From: Gammaproteobacteria bacterium
GTDB lineage: Bacteria; Pseudomonadota; Gammaproteobacteria; JAJDYQ01
Assembly (NCBI GenBank): GCA_963662865.1
Contig: OY759969.1
Location: 1,903,742 to 1,967,741 of the forward strand
Reading direction: 5' to 3'
Length of the DNA stretch: 64,000 nucleotides
Shown here: in pieces, positions 43,115 to 52,781 of the stretch
Position numbering within the stretch: the stretch's first letter is position 1
Layout of the letters: each line of letters starts with the position of its first letter
The notes under the pieces: model-generated
The model's input: only the letters and a program-made list of their open reading frames with translations
Database searches by the model: none
Told to the model about the DNA's origin: nothing
Program-made: the position numbers and the translations under genes

Positions 43115-44431
43115 TTAATCGTTATCGCCCAGCATGGCCCTGGCCTGCTTGACCCATTGCTCTCGTGTAATCTTACCGGTTACATTGATCGCCTTTTCCA
43201 GGTCTTCAACAGACTGCTGACTCATGGTCGCCAACTGTTCCATCGCGGTGATGCCCTGTTCATAAAGCCGTTCCTGCACCCTGGGCCCGATACCCTTGAT
43301 CCGTGTCAGATCATCTTTTTGCGTGGAAACCTTTTTTGATACGGCCTTCTCTCTGGCTTTCGGTGGCTTTTTGGCTCCTGCTTTCTCTAATTGGTCCATA
43401 CGACCGCTCAATATGGCGAACTGCCTTCGCAGTTGACGGTTCTCGCGACGTGCCTGCTGTAGCTTTCTGGATACTGCCTCCAGGTCCGTTCGTGTCGGCA
43501 GATTCATTGCCTGATACACGTCTTCCATCAACTCACCGGAAGCCCGCTGAACGGCCATCAGACTATTCACCAAATCTCCATATACCACCTGATACTCGTC
43601 GCTCATGGCAAATCTGCCATAGACATCTTCGTTTACATCAATCCAGAAATCATACAGTCCACGCATTGAGTCAATCGGCTGTTCCAGTTCGCCAAATCTC
43701 TTTTTCGTCGCCTTGATTGATCGGATGCCCAGCCCGGCAAAGGCAATCTTATAAGCCTTGAGGGCCTCTCCATATTTGACAAGGAGTTCCACAAGCCGCT
43801 GCACCTTCGCCTGTTTTTCACGGCCATACCCCAGGGCCGGCATACCCAGCATTTTATCAAGTTGCTCGCGGGTCCTGCCTGTTTCAGGAAACATCGCCGC
43901 ACTGAAACCGGGAAAATCCCAATCCTGGGGCGCCAGACCGCGCATCATGGAGCCAGCCATATCCTGCCAGGATTTCATCGCCATACGCTCGAAGCCAAAG
44001 ATTTCTGGCATATCAATATTAAGACCGGACTTGAGCTGCTGCTTCCATTGTTTGAAACCGGCCTGCATCGTATCCAGCCAACTGTTGACCAGCTCTTCAT
44101 TGGCATCGCTGTTTCCCGAACCGGCATTGTGAAAGGCCTCGGCCATCCTCAGATAGCTTTTTCCCATCTCAGCTGTGCGCTCCATGAAATCTTTTGCCGG
44201 TTCAGGTGCCTTCGGAGAGAACATCTGCCGCCATCTGTTAAAGGCATCAATAAACGATTCCGGCCAGGACTGGCCCATACCGGGAACAGTATTTGCGGAA
44301 AAGGATGCGAAAGGATTGCCCGCTGCAGAATTTGATTGCATCTGGTGCATCCAGTTTTGCCAGTAATCCTGTTGTGCCTTTACCCAGGCCTGACTGCCCT
44401 GCTCAAACCAGTCGGTGTTCGATGAAGCCAT
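43115..44431 (-). CDS. phaE: Class III PHA synthase subunit PhaE (with C-terminal HhH-like extension)
   Basis: Lies immediately upstream of phaC in the same orientation. Start chosen at MASSNTDWF with AGGAGA RBS. The longer ORF start at 44506 overlaps the promoter palindrome. Confidence 0.7.
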   Translation of the reverse strand: MASSNTDWFEQGSQAWVKAQQDYWQNWMHQMQSNSAAGNPFASFSANTVPGMGQSWPESFIDAFNRWRQMFSPKAPEPAKDFMERTAEMGKSYLRMAEAFHNAGSGNSDANEELVNSWLDTMQAGFKQWKQQLKSGLNIDMPEIFGFERMAMKSWQDMAGSMMRGLAPQDWDFPGFSAAMFPETGRTREQLDKMLGMPALGYGREKQAKVQRLVELLVKYGEALKAYKIAFAGLGIRSIKATKKRFGELEQPIDSMRGLYDFWIDVNEDVYGRFAMSDEYQVVYGDLVNSLMAVQRASGELMEDVYQAMNLPTRTDLEAVSRKLQQARRENRQLRRQFAILSGRMDQLEKAGAKKPPKAREKAVSKKVSTQKDDLTRIKGIGPRVQERLYEQGITAMEQLATMSQQSVEDLEKAINVTGKITREQWVKQARAMLGDND

Positions 44432-44490
44432 TGCTGAATTCTCCTGAATAAACCCTGTATTCATGTTGATTTCAGGTAGTCTAATGAGTA

Positions 44491-44510
44491 TATTGCTGCA
44501 ATGCAATAAT
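44491..44510. promoter_or_regulatory. Candidate PhaR operator in the phaE/phaA divergent promoter region
   Basis: TATTGCTGCAATGCAATAAT carries TTGC..GCAA-type dyad elements shared with the phaP and phaR upstream regions. Confidence 0.3.
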
Positions 44511-44581
44511 TAAATCCCCAAATATTATTGGCATTGAGTTAATCAATACTGAGATACTGTTACATCGTCATGGAGAAAAGC

Positions 44582-45766
44582 ATGGATCAGGAAATCGTTA
44601 TTGTCGCTGCCGCACGTACCGCTTTAGGCAGCTTTTCCGGCTCCCTGGCATCGGTTTCCGCCGCTGACCTGGGTGCCAAAGTCATTCAATCCCTTCTGCA
44701 ACGCAGCGGCCTGAAAGCAGAGCAGGTTGATGAGGTCATCATGGGTCAGGTTCTGGCCGCCGGTCAGGGTCAAAACCCCGCCCGTCAGGCTTCTCTGAAG
44801 GCAGGTATTCCTGAAACCACTCCGGCCATGACCATTAATATGGTCTGTGGCAGCGGCCTGAAAGCCGTTAATCTGGCGGCACAAACAATAATGGCCGACG
44901 AGGCAGACATCGTTATCGCAGGTGGTCAGGAGAACATGTCACAGTCCGCTCATGTCCTTCCAAATTCACGTGACGGCAGAAAAATGGGGACCTGGGAGAT
45001 GCAGGACACCATGATCGTCGATGGATTATGGTGTGCATTCAACAACTGCCACATGGGCGTTACCGCTGAAAATATTGCCGGTAAATATGAGTTCAACCGT
45101 GAAGCGCAGGATCAGTTCGCGGCGCGGTCTCAAAACCGTGCAGAAGCCGCACAACTCAAAGATGTCTTCAGGGACGAGATCGTACCGGTCGAAATCCCGC
45201 AACGTAAAGGCGACCCTGTCGTATTCAGCGCCGATGAATTCCCCCGTCATGGCGCCACCGCTGAATCACTGGGCAGGTTACGCCCGGCTTTCAAGAAAGA
45301 CGGCACGGTAACGGCGGGAAACGCCTCGGGCATCAACGACGGTGCGGCGGCGGTAGTCGTCATGACAGCCGAAAAAGCCAGAGAGCTTGACCTGACGCCT
45401 ATGGCACGTATCGCCGGCTTTGCCAGCGCCGGCGTTGACCCCGCAATCATGGGTACCGGCCCTATTCCATCGACGCAGAAATGCCTGAATCGTGCAGGCT
45501 GGAAAATCGATGACCTCGATTTAATTGAAGCGAACGAAGCCTTTGCCGCACAGGCCATGGCCGTTAACCAGGAACTCGGCCTTGATGAAGACAAGGTCAA
45601 TATAAGCGGCGGCGCTATTGCACTGGGTCACCCGATCGGTGCTTCAGGCGCACGCGTACTGGTTACCTTGCTTTATGGCATGCGACGCGAGAATGCGCGG
45701 AAAGGTCTGGCGACATTATGTATTGGTGGTGGTCAGGGTGTGGCCATGGCCGTAGAAAAAATCTGA
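44582..45766 (+). CDS. phaA: Acetyl-CoA acetyltransferase (beta-ketothiolase)
   Basis: [18 protein letters not shown].. with GGAGA RBS. Thiolase active-site Cys motifs present. Alternative ATG at 44570. Confidence 0.9.
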   Translation: MDQEIVIVAAARTALGSFSGSLASVSAADLGAKVIQSLLQRSGLKAEQVDEVIMGQVLAAGQGQNPARQASLKAGIPETTPAMTINMVCGSGLKAVNLAAQTIMADEADIVIAGGQENMSQSAHVLPNSRDGRKMGTWEMQDTMIVDGLWCAFNNCHMGVTAENIAGKYEFNREAQDQFAARSQNRAEAAQLKDVFRDEIVPVEIPQRKGDPVVFSADEFPRHGATAESLGRLRPAFKKDGTVTAGNASGINDGAAAVVVMTAEKARELDLTPMARIAGFASAGVDPAIMGTGPIPSTQKCLNRAGWKIDDLDLIEANEAFAAQAMAVNQELGLDEDKVNISGGAIALGHPIGASGARVLVTLLYGMRRENARKGLATLCIGGGQGVAMAVEKI

Positions 45767-45801
45767 GCATAAACCGGAAAACAAACACCGTGGAGGATAC
45801 G

Positions 45802-46539
45802 ATGGGAGCATTAAAAGGAAAGGTTGCGCTGGTTACCGGCGGTACAGGCGGTATTGGTAGCGCGATTTGCCAAAAGCTGGCCAGTGAGGGGGCAAAAATT
45901 ATTACCACCTATCGCAATGAAGAAAAAGCCAGAGCCTGGAAAGAGGCGCAGAACTTCAATGTATCGATCTACGCCTGCGATGTCAGCCGCTATGAAGAAT
46001 GTCAAAAGCTGCATGATGCGATCATGCAGGACTATGACGGCGTCGATATACTGATTAATAATGCGGGCATTACACGTGACAGCAGTTTCAGAAAGCAAAC
46101 TGCGGAAAAGTGGAACGCCGTCATTTCCACCAATCTCGATAGCGTTTTCAATATGTCACACCAGTTTGTCAATGAGATGGCTGAACGGAAATTTGGCCGT
46201 GTAGTCAATATCTCATCCATTAACGGTCAGAAAGGCCAGTTTGGTCAGACGAATTACAGCGCCGCAAAAGCTGGCCTGCATGGCTTTACCATGGCACTGG
46301 CCCAGGAAACGGCACGTAAAGGCGTCACGGTGAACACTGTTTCACCCGGCTATATCGCAACCGAAATGGTGATGGCTGTCCCTGAAGATGTACGCAACCG
46401 GATTATTGCTGATATTCCGGTAGGACGGCTGGGCAGACCTGAAGAAATCGCGGCGCTGGTTGCCTTTCTTTGTACCGATGATGCCGGCTTTATCACCGGC
46501 GCCAATCTGGCCGCCAACGGTGGCCAGCATATGCACTGA
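45802..46539 (+). CDS. phaB: Acetoacetyl-CoA reductase (SDR)
   Basis: [22 protein letters not shown].. with GGAGGA RBS. The ORF-track start at 45718 overlaps phaA. Confidence 0.9.
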   Translation: [245 protein letters not shown]

Positions 46540-46695
46540 TTTTTATAGACGGCGGTGAAACAGATACCGGGCATTTTCCGCCACCTTTACAACGATATGA
46601 TCCGTGATTGAGCTCATACCGATATTCGGCACTTCCTGCCGAGCGTTGTGTGGTGCACGTGCGGATAACGCAACATACCAGCGGTGATGCAAAAG

Positions 46696-46738
46696 TTGCC
46701 GCGCAAAAAATATCCTATATCCTCGACACGTTGCAACA
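46696..46738. promoter_or_regulatory. Candidate PhaR autoregulatory sites upstream of phaR
   Basis: TTGCCGCGCAA (46696..46706) and the perfect palindrome GTTGCAAC (46731..46738), within 60 bp of the phaR ATG. Confidence 0.3.
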
Positions 46739-46753
46739 TAGCCGGACAGTACC

Positions 46754-47218
46754 ATGACCGAAGAAAGACTCATCAAGAAATACCCGAATCGTCGTCTATA
46801 CGATACGACGGAAAGCGCCTACGTCACCCTGGAGCAGGTCCGCCGGATGGTGCTGGATGAGATTCCGTTCAAGGTCATTGAGCAGAAATCCGGGACCGAT
46901 ATTACGCGCACAGTCCTGATGCAGATTATTATGGAACAGGAATCTGACGGCAGGCCACTGTTCACCATTGATATATTGAATAACTTTATCCGTAACTACG
47001 ACACCGATACGCAGCAGCAGTTTACCGATTTTATTGCGCAAAGCACGAGCATGTTTGCCGAGCAGCAGTCCGTATTCGCCGAACAAATGAACAAGACCTT
47101 TAAGGGCACACCAATAGAGGCCTGGGCCGAGCTTGGTAACAGCCAGATGAAGGCCTGGCAGAAAATTCAGAAATCCATGTTTGGCAATAAAAAGGGGCGC
47201 CATAAAAGACGCCCATAG
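46754..47218 (+). CDS. phaR: PHA synthesis repressor PhaR
   Basis: 154 aa. KKYPNRRLYDTTESAYVTLEQV.. is a typical PhaR N-terminus. Confidence 0.85.
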   Translation: MTEERLIKKYPNRRLYDTTESAYVTLEQVRRMVLDEIPFKVIEQKSGTDITRTVLMQIIMEQESDGRPLFTIDILNNFIRNYDTDTQQQFTDFIAQSTSMFAEQQSVFAEQMNKTFKGTPIEAWAELGNSQMKAWQKIQKSMFGNKKGRHKRRP

Positions 47219-47236
47219 GAGGAGAGCATAAGGGGA

Positions 47237-47977
47237 TTATGCCGCCATAAAGAGTCCGCCATTGATTGGAATATTGGCACCAGTCACATAAGCGCTCTTT
47301 TCACTGGCCAGCCAAAGTACGGTATGTGCAATTTCTTCCGGTTCACCCATCCGCCCCACCGGTACGCTACCGACAATCGCATCCAGCACCTTTTCAGGCA
47401 TGGCCTGCGTCATTGGCGTTGAGATATAGCCTGGGGATACTGTATTCACAGTAATGCCCTTACGTGCGGTTTCCTGCGCCAGTGCCATGGTAAAGCCATG
47501 TAAGCCGGCCTTCGCCGCGCTGTAATTTGTTTGCCCGAACTGGCCTTTCTGCCCATTCACCGACGCGATATTGATGATACGGCCAAAACCACGTTCCAGC
47601 ATACCGTTAATAACCTGACGGGTAACATTGTAAACAGAGTCCAGGTTGGTATTGATAACCGCATTCCACTGGTCCGGTTCCATCTTTTTGAAAGTGGTAT
47701 CGCGCGTAATCCCGGCACAATTAACCAGCACATCAATCAGGCCGATTTTGGTAACTGCTTCTTCAACCATGCTTTTCGCGCTTTCATAATCCGTTACATC
47801 GCCGCCGACAATCTCAATATCCACGCCCTGTTCCCGCAAGGCCTGTTGCCATACCTCGGCCCGCTCTTTTTCGGAGCTATAGTAGGCCGCGACAACCTTA
47901 TAACCGTTTTGGGCCATATCCATACAGATGGCACTGCCGATGCCACCGTTTCCACCCGTGACCAAAGCTGCTCTCAT
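47237..47977 (-). CDS. Second acetoacetyl-CoA reductase paralogue (SDR)
   Basis: 246 aa, very similar to phaB (..[39 protein letters not shown]..). Confidence 0.85.
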   Translation of the reverse strand: [246 protein letters not shown]

Positions 47978-48040
47978 ACGACTTTCCTTTTTCAGACTGA
48001 CTTTACCAGCCCCGCTTTCACGGGGCGGCTCAGGTACACC

Positions 48041-48415
48041 TCAGGCGGCTTCTTTTAACAGATCGCCAGCCTGCTCCATTTTCTCTGCCAGCTCAGTTGT
48101 CGCTTCTTCAGTGATCGCAGACAACTCATCGTGAGTTTCCGTCAACAAGCCGGTATAATCACGCAGGTTGGCAACCATCTTCTCGCTGCAATTCTGTGCA
48201 AAGGCCAGTTGGGCCGCTACGGCCTGATTGAGATCAGTCTGCTGGGACAGCTTTTCCATATGCCCGGTGGCAGACTCAACACACTGGCTGAACATTTCAG
48301 CCTGTTTACCGACCAGTGTTTCACAGGTTTTCAGGTTCAATTCACCCAGACGCTTGACAGAAGCCGTGACGCTGTCGTTATATGATTTCATGAGATCAAA
48401 AATTTGCTTTTGCAT
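48041..48415 (-). CDS. phaP: Phasin (PHA granule-associated protein)
   Basis: 124 aa, alpha-helical and low complexity, within the PHA locus. Confidence 0.7.
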   Translation of the reverse strand: MQKQIFDLMKSYNDSVTASVKRLGELNLKTCETLVGKQAEMFSQCVESATGHMEKLSQQTDLNQAVAAQLAFAQNCSEKMVANLRDYTGLLTETHDELSAITEEATTELAEKMEQAGDLLKEAA

Positions 48416-48445
48416 CGAAATTCTCCGGTTAAGTTAAAATATATA

Positions 48446-48475
48446 TTGTGCATTGCAATATATTGCGCCGCACAA
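48446..48475. promoter_or_regulatory. Candidate PhaR operator upstream of phaP
   Basis: TTGTGCATTGCAATATATTGCGCCGCACAA. Outer dyad TTGTGC/GCACAA, inner palindrome ATTGCAAT, ~30 nt upstream of the phaP start. Confidence 0.35.
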
Positions 48476-48644
48476 TAATGAATTCAAGAATGATTGTCAA
48501 TTATTTTTTGCAGTGCATCATAATTGACTTATCTAATTGATTTTTATCACTTTTTGATTTTTTATAACGGTCACTGGCGACTTTATTCAAAAAAAAATTC
48601 CGATACTGGTATGCTAGATCCCGCCTTTCCAAGCACATTTCAGA

Positions 48645-49574
48645 ATGATTGAAGTAAAAAACCTGTTTTTTGAATATCCCGGCAAACTGGCGCTCAAAGA
48701 TGTCAGCTTCAATATCAAGAAAGGTGAAATCACCGCCCTCGCAGGCCCCAATGGGGCCGGAAAAACAACGCTGTTACGCAATCTGGCTGCCCTGGATCAG
48801 CCGGTATCCGGCAGCATCCGGATTGCAGAGGTCGATGTCATCACCAAACCACGTCTATGCCATGAAAAGGTTGGCTATCTGGCAGACTCCTTCGGCCTCT
48901 ACGAGGACCTCACCGTAAGGCAGTGCCTGCTGTACATGGCACGGTCCCATGGTATTGCCGAAGATGCCGAGTCGGATGCTGTTGACCTAGCAGCCGCGAG
49001 ATTACATATTGAGGATCGACTTGAACAGAAAGCCAGCACCTTATCACGTGGTTTAAGTCAGCGGCTTGCCATTGCCCAGGCTATTATTCACGAACCCGTA
49101 GTGTTGATGTTGGACGAACCGGCATCCGGCCTCGACCCGGAAGCACGCAGCCAGCTCTCAGGCCTGTTTCGTGAGCTCAGCGCCCAGGGCATCACGCTGA
49201 TTGTTTCATCCCATATCCTGGCGGAACTTGAGGAATACTGCACCAGCATGCTGATCGTGGATAATGGAGAAATCCGGGAACATCGTCACGTCAATAACAC
49301 ACCCTCCGGGCAGTGTGTTATTGAAATCAGCCTTAGCCATGACAATGATGCGCTCATCGCGTTTCTTGAAGCCCATCCCGACGTGTCCTCCCTCAAGACT
49401 GAAGGGAAAAATCTCAGCCTTGCATTCCCATCAGAAAAGGCGCAGCAAACCGAACTGCTTCAGGCAATCGTATCCCGCCGGTTTCCGATCTGCCACTTTG
49501 CCGAACGCAAGGCAAGCCTGCAGGACGCCTATCTGGCCAGAGTCAAAACACAGGAATCAACGACATGCGATTGA
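48645..49574 (+). CDS. ABC transporter ATP-binding protein (ABC-2 exporter type)
   Basis: Walker A GPNGAGKTT, signature LSRGLSQRL and Walker B LMLDEPASGLD are present. Low GC. Confidence 0.85.
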   Translation: MIEVKNLFFEYPGKLALKDVSFNIKKGEITALAGPNGAGKTTLLRNLAALDQPVSGSIRIAEVDVITKPRLCHEKVGYLADSFGLYEDLTVRQCLLYMARSHGIAEDAESDAVDLAAARLHIEDRLEQKASTLSRGLSQRLAIAQAIIHEPVVLMLDEPASGLDPEARSQLSGLFRELSAQGITLIVSSHILAELEEYCTSMLIVDNGEIREHRHVNNTPSGQCVIEISLSHDNDALIAFLEAHPDVSSLKTEGKNLSLAFPSEKAQQTELLQAIVSRRFPICHFAERKASLQDAYLARVKTQESTTCD

Positions 49575-50905
49575 ATCCGGAATTTCAGCGTAATATCTGG
49601 CTGGAACTGACATCTCACCGCCTGCTCAGCATGCCCATCGTGCTGGGCATTATTTTTCTGATGATCTATCTGGTGAGGGACAGTTTCTTTAGCAAAGAGA
49701 TGGCGGCTACCGCGACTTTTTTATTTTTTATCCTGGTTGTGATGTGGGGGAGCAAGCTGTCATCCGAGGCAATAACATCGGAAATCAGGGATAAAACCTG
49801 GGACAGCCAGCGCATGACGACCACTAACCCATGGTCAATGAGCTTGGCCAAGCTGTTCGGAAGCACGATATTCACATGGTATGGCGGCTTGTTATGTATC
49901 GCCGTACTGACTATCAGTTCTTCTCACACCTTATCCACCGCAGATAACCTTCAACGTGCGTACATCCTGGTATTGATCGGACTGCTCGCCCAATCAATAT
50001 CGCTGGACGTCGCCATGGTCCGAATCAACAGTCGTCGACAAAACAAGAAGTACAGCGCAACGTTCGGTATGTTACTGGGCATGTCGCTGGGCTTTATCCT
50101 GATAATCCCCTTTATTCAGAACAACCCTCAACACTGGGGTGCTGTCAATACCACCAAATGGTTTGATCGAGATTATAACCAGCTCAACTTTGTTGCCTGT
50201 ACACTGGCTTTCTTCTCTTTCTGGAGCGTCATTGGCATCTATCGCCTGATGAGGAAAGAGTTACAGGTAGCGAATACGCCGCTCGCATGGCTGCTGTTTT
50301 TAATCATCCTGCCCGGCTACATCGCCGGCTTCGCTGAAGACAGTTCACAAAATGCGGGGCGACTGAATCTCTACCTGTTAATTCTTTATTTCACCACCGG
50401 TCTGATGATCTATTTCGCCATTCTTTCAGAATCAAAAGACCCGGTAACATTTCGCCGTCTGTCTTTTCAGATACATCATGGTGGCGGAGAAAAAATACTG
50501 CACCATATCCCCGGCTGGCTGAGCGGCCTGCTTTTGCTGGGGCTGGTAACTATCACAATCCATATCCGCGATATCCCGACCGCGAATCTGCATGGGCCGT
50601 TTGTTTATCTCAATTTTTTTGCCGGCTTCCTTTTCATAATCAGAGACATTTGTATCTTTCTATTTTTCAGCTTCTCCCCCGAACCCAAAAGAGCCAATAC
50701 TGTCTCGATTGTTTACCTGTTTTTGCTCTATACGGTTATTCCAATTATTTTCAATTCACTTGATCTGAGATCGATTAGTGCGGCATTTAACCCCTGGAGC
50801 ATCTGGGGCTTTGGAAAAATTACAATTATTTCCGGCCTTATACAATCCGGCATCATGCTCTACCTTGTTGAACGCCGCTGGAGTGCGTTATCCGGCCGGA
50901 CGTAA
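49565..50905 (+). CDS. Polytopic membrane protein, probable permease partner of the ABC ATPase
   Basis: 446 aa with at least 10 hydrophobic segments. Overlaps the ATPase gene by 10 bp. Confidence 0.55.
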   Translation: MRLNPEFQRNIWLELTSHRLLSMPIVLGIIFLMIYLVRDSFFSKEMAATATFLFFILVVMWGSKLSSEAITSEIRDKTWDSQRMTTTNPWSMSLAKLFGSTIFTWYGGLLCIAVLTISSSHTLSTADNLQRAYILVLIGLLAQSISLDVAMVRINSRRQNKKYSATFGMLLGMSLGFILIIPFIQNNPQHWGAVNTTKWFDRDYNQLNFVACTLAFFSFWSVIGIYRLMRKELQVANTPLAWLLFLIILPGYIAGFAEDSSQNAGRLNLYLLILYFTTGLMIYFAILSESKDPVTFRRLSFQIHHGGGEKILHHIPGWLSGLLLLGLVTITIHIRDIPTANLHGPFVYLNFFAGFLFIIRDICIFLFFSFSPEPKRANTVSIVYLFLLYTVIPIIFNSLDLRSISAAFNPWSIWGFGKITIISGLIQSGIMLYLVERRWSALSGRT

Positions 50906-50953
50906 AACCCCATCTGGCACGGGTCTTTTTGCGATTAATGTATTTATAAGCCT

Positions 50954-51682
50954 ATGAACGATTCAACATCAAGCAAACCCCGGCGTGGCGGTTTTCTATC
51001 CAGCCTCGCCTTTAACATTATTATTCCGGTCATTATCCTGAGCAAATTCAGTGGTACCGAGGATCTCGGGCCTGCCTGGAGTATCGTCGTTGCCCTGTCA
51101 TTTCCAATCAGCTACGGCCTGTGGGATCTTAAGCAGTCCGGCAAGGTCAACGCCTTTTCCATTCTGGGGATCGTCAGCGTATTTTTAACAGGTGGCATGA
51201 GCCTGCTGCAACTCGACCCTGAATACATTGCAATCAAGGAAGCCGCCGTACCGGCCATTATCGGCATAGCGGTGCTGATCACGCAAAAAACCAAATATCC
51301 GATAGTGAAAGTGCTGATTCTGAATGATCAGATCATCCGGATAGAAAAACTTCAGTCCAGTCTGGAAACCCATCGGGCGACAGCAACATTCGAAAAAATA
51401 CTGGCACGTTCTTCCTACATCGTTGCAGGCTCTTTCGCCCTGTCATCGGTCCTTAATTACGTATTAGCCAGGATTATCCTGGTCAGCCCGCCGGGAACAA
51501 CGGCATTCAGTGAAGAGCTTGGAAAAATGACCGCACTAAGTTATCCCGTTATTGCCCTGCCCAGCATGATCGTCATGCTGGCGGCTGTCTGGTACCTGTT
51601 CAGCCAGATTGGCAAGCTCACAGGCGAGAGTATTGAGAACTTTATTGTCGGTGCCACAGAAGAAGAAACCAATCAAGCGTAG
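50954..51682 (+). CDS. Hypothetical membrane protein
   Basis: 242 aa with several TM segments. Confidence 0.45.
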   Translation: MNDSTSSKPRRGGFLSSLAFNIIIPVIILSKFSGTEDLGPAWSIVVALSFPISYGLWDLKQSGKVNAFSILGIVSVFLTGGMSLLQLDPEYIAIKEAAVPAIIGIAVLITQKTKYPIVKVLILNDQIIRIEKLQSSLETHRATATFEKILARSSYIVAGSFALSSVLNYVLARIILVSPPGTTAFSEELGKMTALSYPVIALPSMIVMLAAVWYLFSQIGKLTGESIENFIVGATEEETNQA

Positions 51683-51744
51683 TATAAACTGAAACTTAAG
51701 GAAACTCTGACTTAATCAAACTTCCTTAATGGTAAAAGGGCTTG

Positions 51745-52305
51745 TCAGCCCTTAAATGCCTTATCACCTGCCAGCCACCGCAACTCATCTTCGGTACTAT
51801 CGCGCCCAAGTATTTCATTACGATGAGGGAAGCGGCCAAATTGTTCCACAATTTCACGGTGATGACGTGCAAACCGCGCATTATCCTGCAAACCAGCCAC
51901 TTCAAACCTGACGACGGATAAATTCTGATCATCCATGTTTTCACTGTGCATCAATGGCATATATAAAAATGCGATCTGGTCTCTGGGTAACTGAAGGTCG
52001 TACCCCTGAGATATGGCCCAATGGCTTATTTCAATCGCCTGCGATTCGGTTGCAAAACTTGCCGGATTGCCGCGAAACATGTTCAGCGGAAACTGATCCA
52101 GAATAATGGCCAGTGCCAGACAACCTTCAGCCGTTTGCCGCCATGTATCCAATTCACCACGGCGCGCCTGATTCCAGACCGATTCGTACTCATTCAGAAT
52201 ACGTTCATCAAGCACCGGAGTCGAATTAAACCATTGCGCCCTGATATCACCGGCATACCAGAAATCCAGTATATCCTTCGGCATAATGTCCTTATTACCG
52301 CTCAT
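51745..52305 (-). CDS. DUF924 family protein
   Basis: 186 aa. Contains ..DILDFWYAGDIRAQWF..LDQFPLNMFRG.. Confidence 0.65.
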   Translation of the reverse strand: MSGNKDIMPKDILDFWYAGDIRAQWFNSTPVLDERILNEYESVWNQARRGELDTWRQTAEGCLALAIILDQFPLNMFRGNPASFATESQAIEISHWAISQGYDLQLPRDQIAFLYMPLMHSENMDDQNLSVVRFEVAGLQDNARFARHHREIVEQFGRFPHRNEILGRDSTEDELRWLAGDKAFKG

Positions 52306-52658
52306 CAGAGTATCTGTAGCACATCCTCCGGCGGCCTGCCCAGCACCGCCCTGTTGCCGTTAATCACTATGGGGCGCTCAATAAGTCCGGGGTTCTCAAC
52401 CATAATTCTGATCCACTCACCATCGGGTCGCTCATCCTTTTCTGACAAGCCAAGCTCCTTAAACAAGGCCTCTCCGCTACGGATCAACTCAAGCGGCTTC
52501 TTACCCAACATGCCAAGAATATCCGCTAACCACTTTTCAGATGGTGGTTCATTGAGATACTCCACTACGGTGTAATCCAGCCCTTTTTCGTCCAGAATGG
52601 CCTTGGTCCGGCGACTCTTGGAACAGCGAGGGTTATGATAAATCGTAATATCAGACAT
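52305..52658 (-). CDS. ArsC/Spx-family thioredoxin-fold protein (YffB-like)
   Basis: 117 aa. ITIYHNPRCSKSR.. with a single N-terminal Cys. Confidence 0.75.
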   Translation of the reverse strand: MSDITIYHNPRCSKSRRTKAILDEKGLDYTVVEYLNEPPSEKWLADILGMLGKKPLELIRSGEALFKELGLSEKDERPDGEWIRIMVENPGLIERPIVINGNRAVLGRPPEDVLQIL

Positions 52659-52781
52659 ATATTCCCCTGAAGTCTGTCGGCACAGATATGACTCTGTGCC
52701 CAGATAGAAAGTAACCGGTCACTTTTTTCCGGTACCACTACGGTGAACCGTATCGGGCCTTCATATCATGATGTACGCCGC

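Noticed and set aside
44432-44506. Longer phaE start (MHCSNILIRLPEINMNTGF..)
   Set aside because: The extension overlaps the divergent promoter palindrome and lacks an RBS. The internal ATG at 44431 has an AGGAGA RBS.
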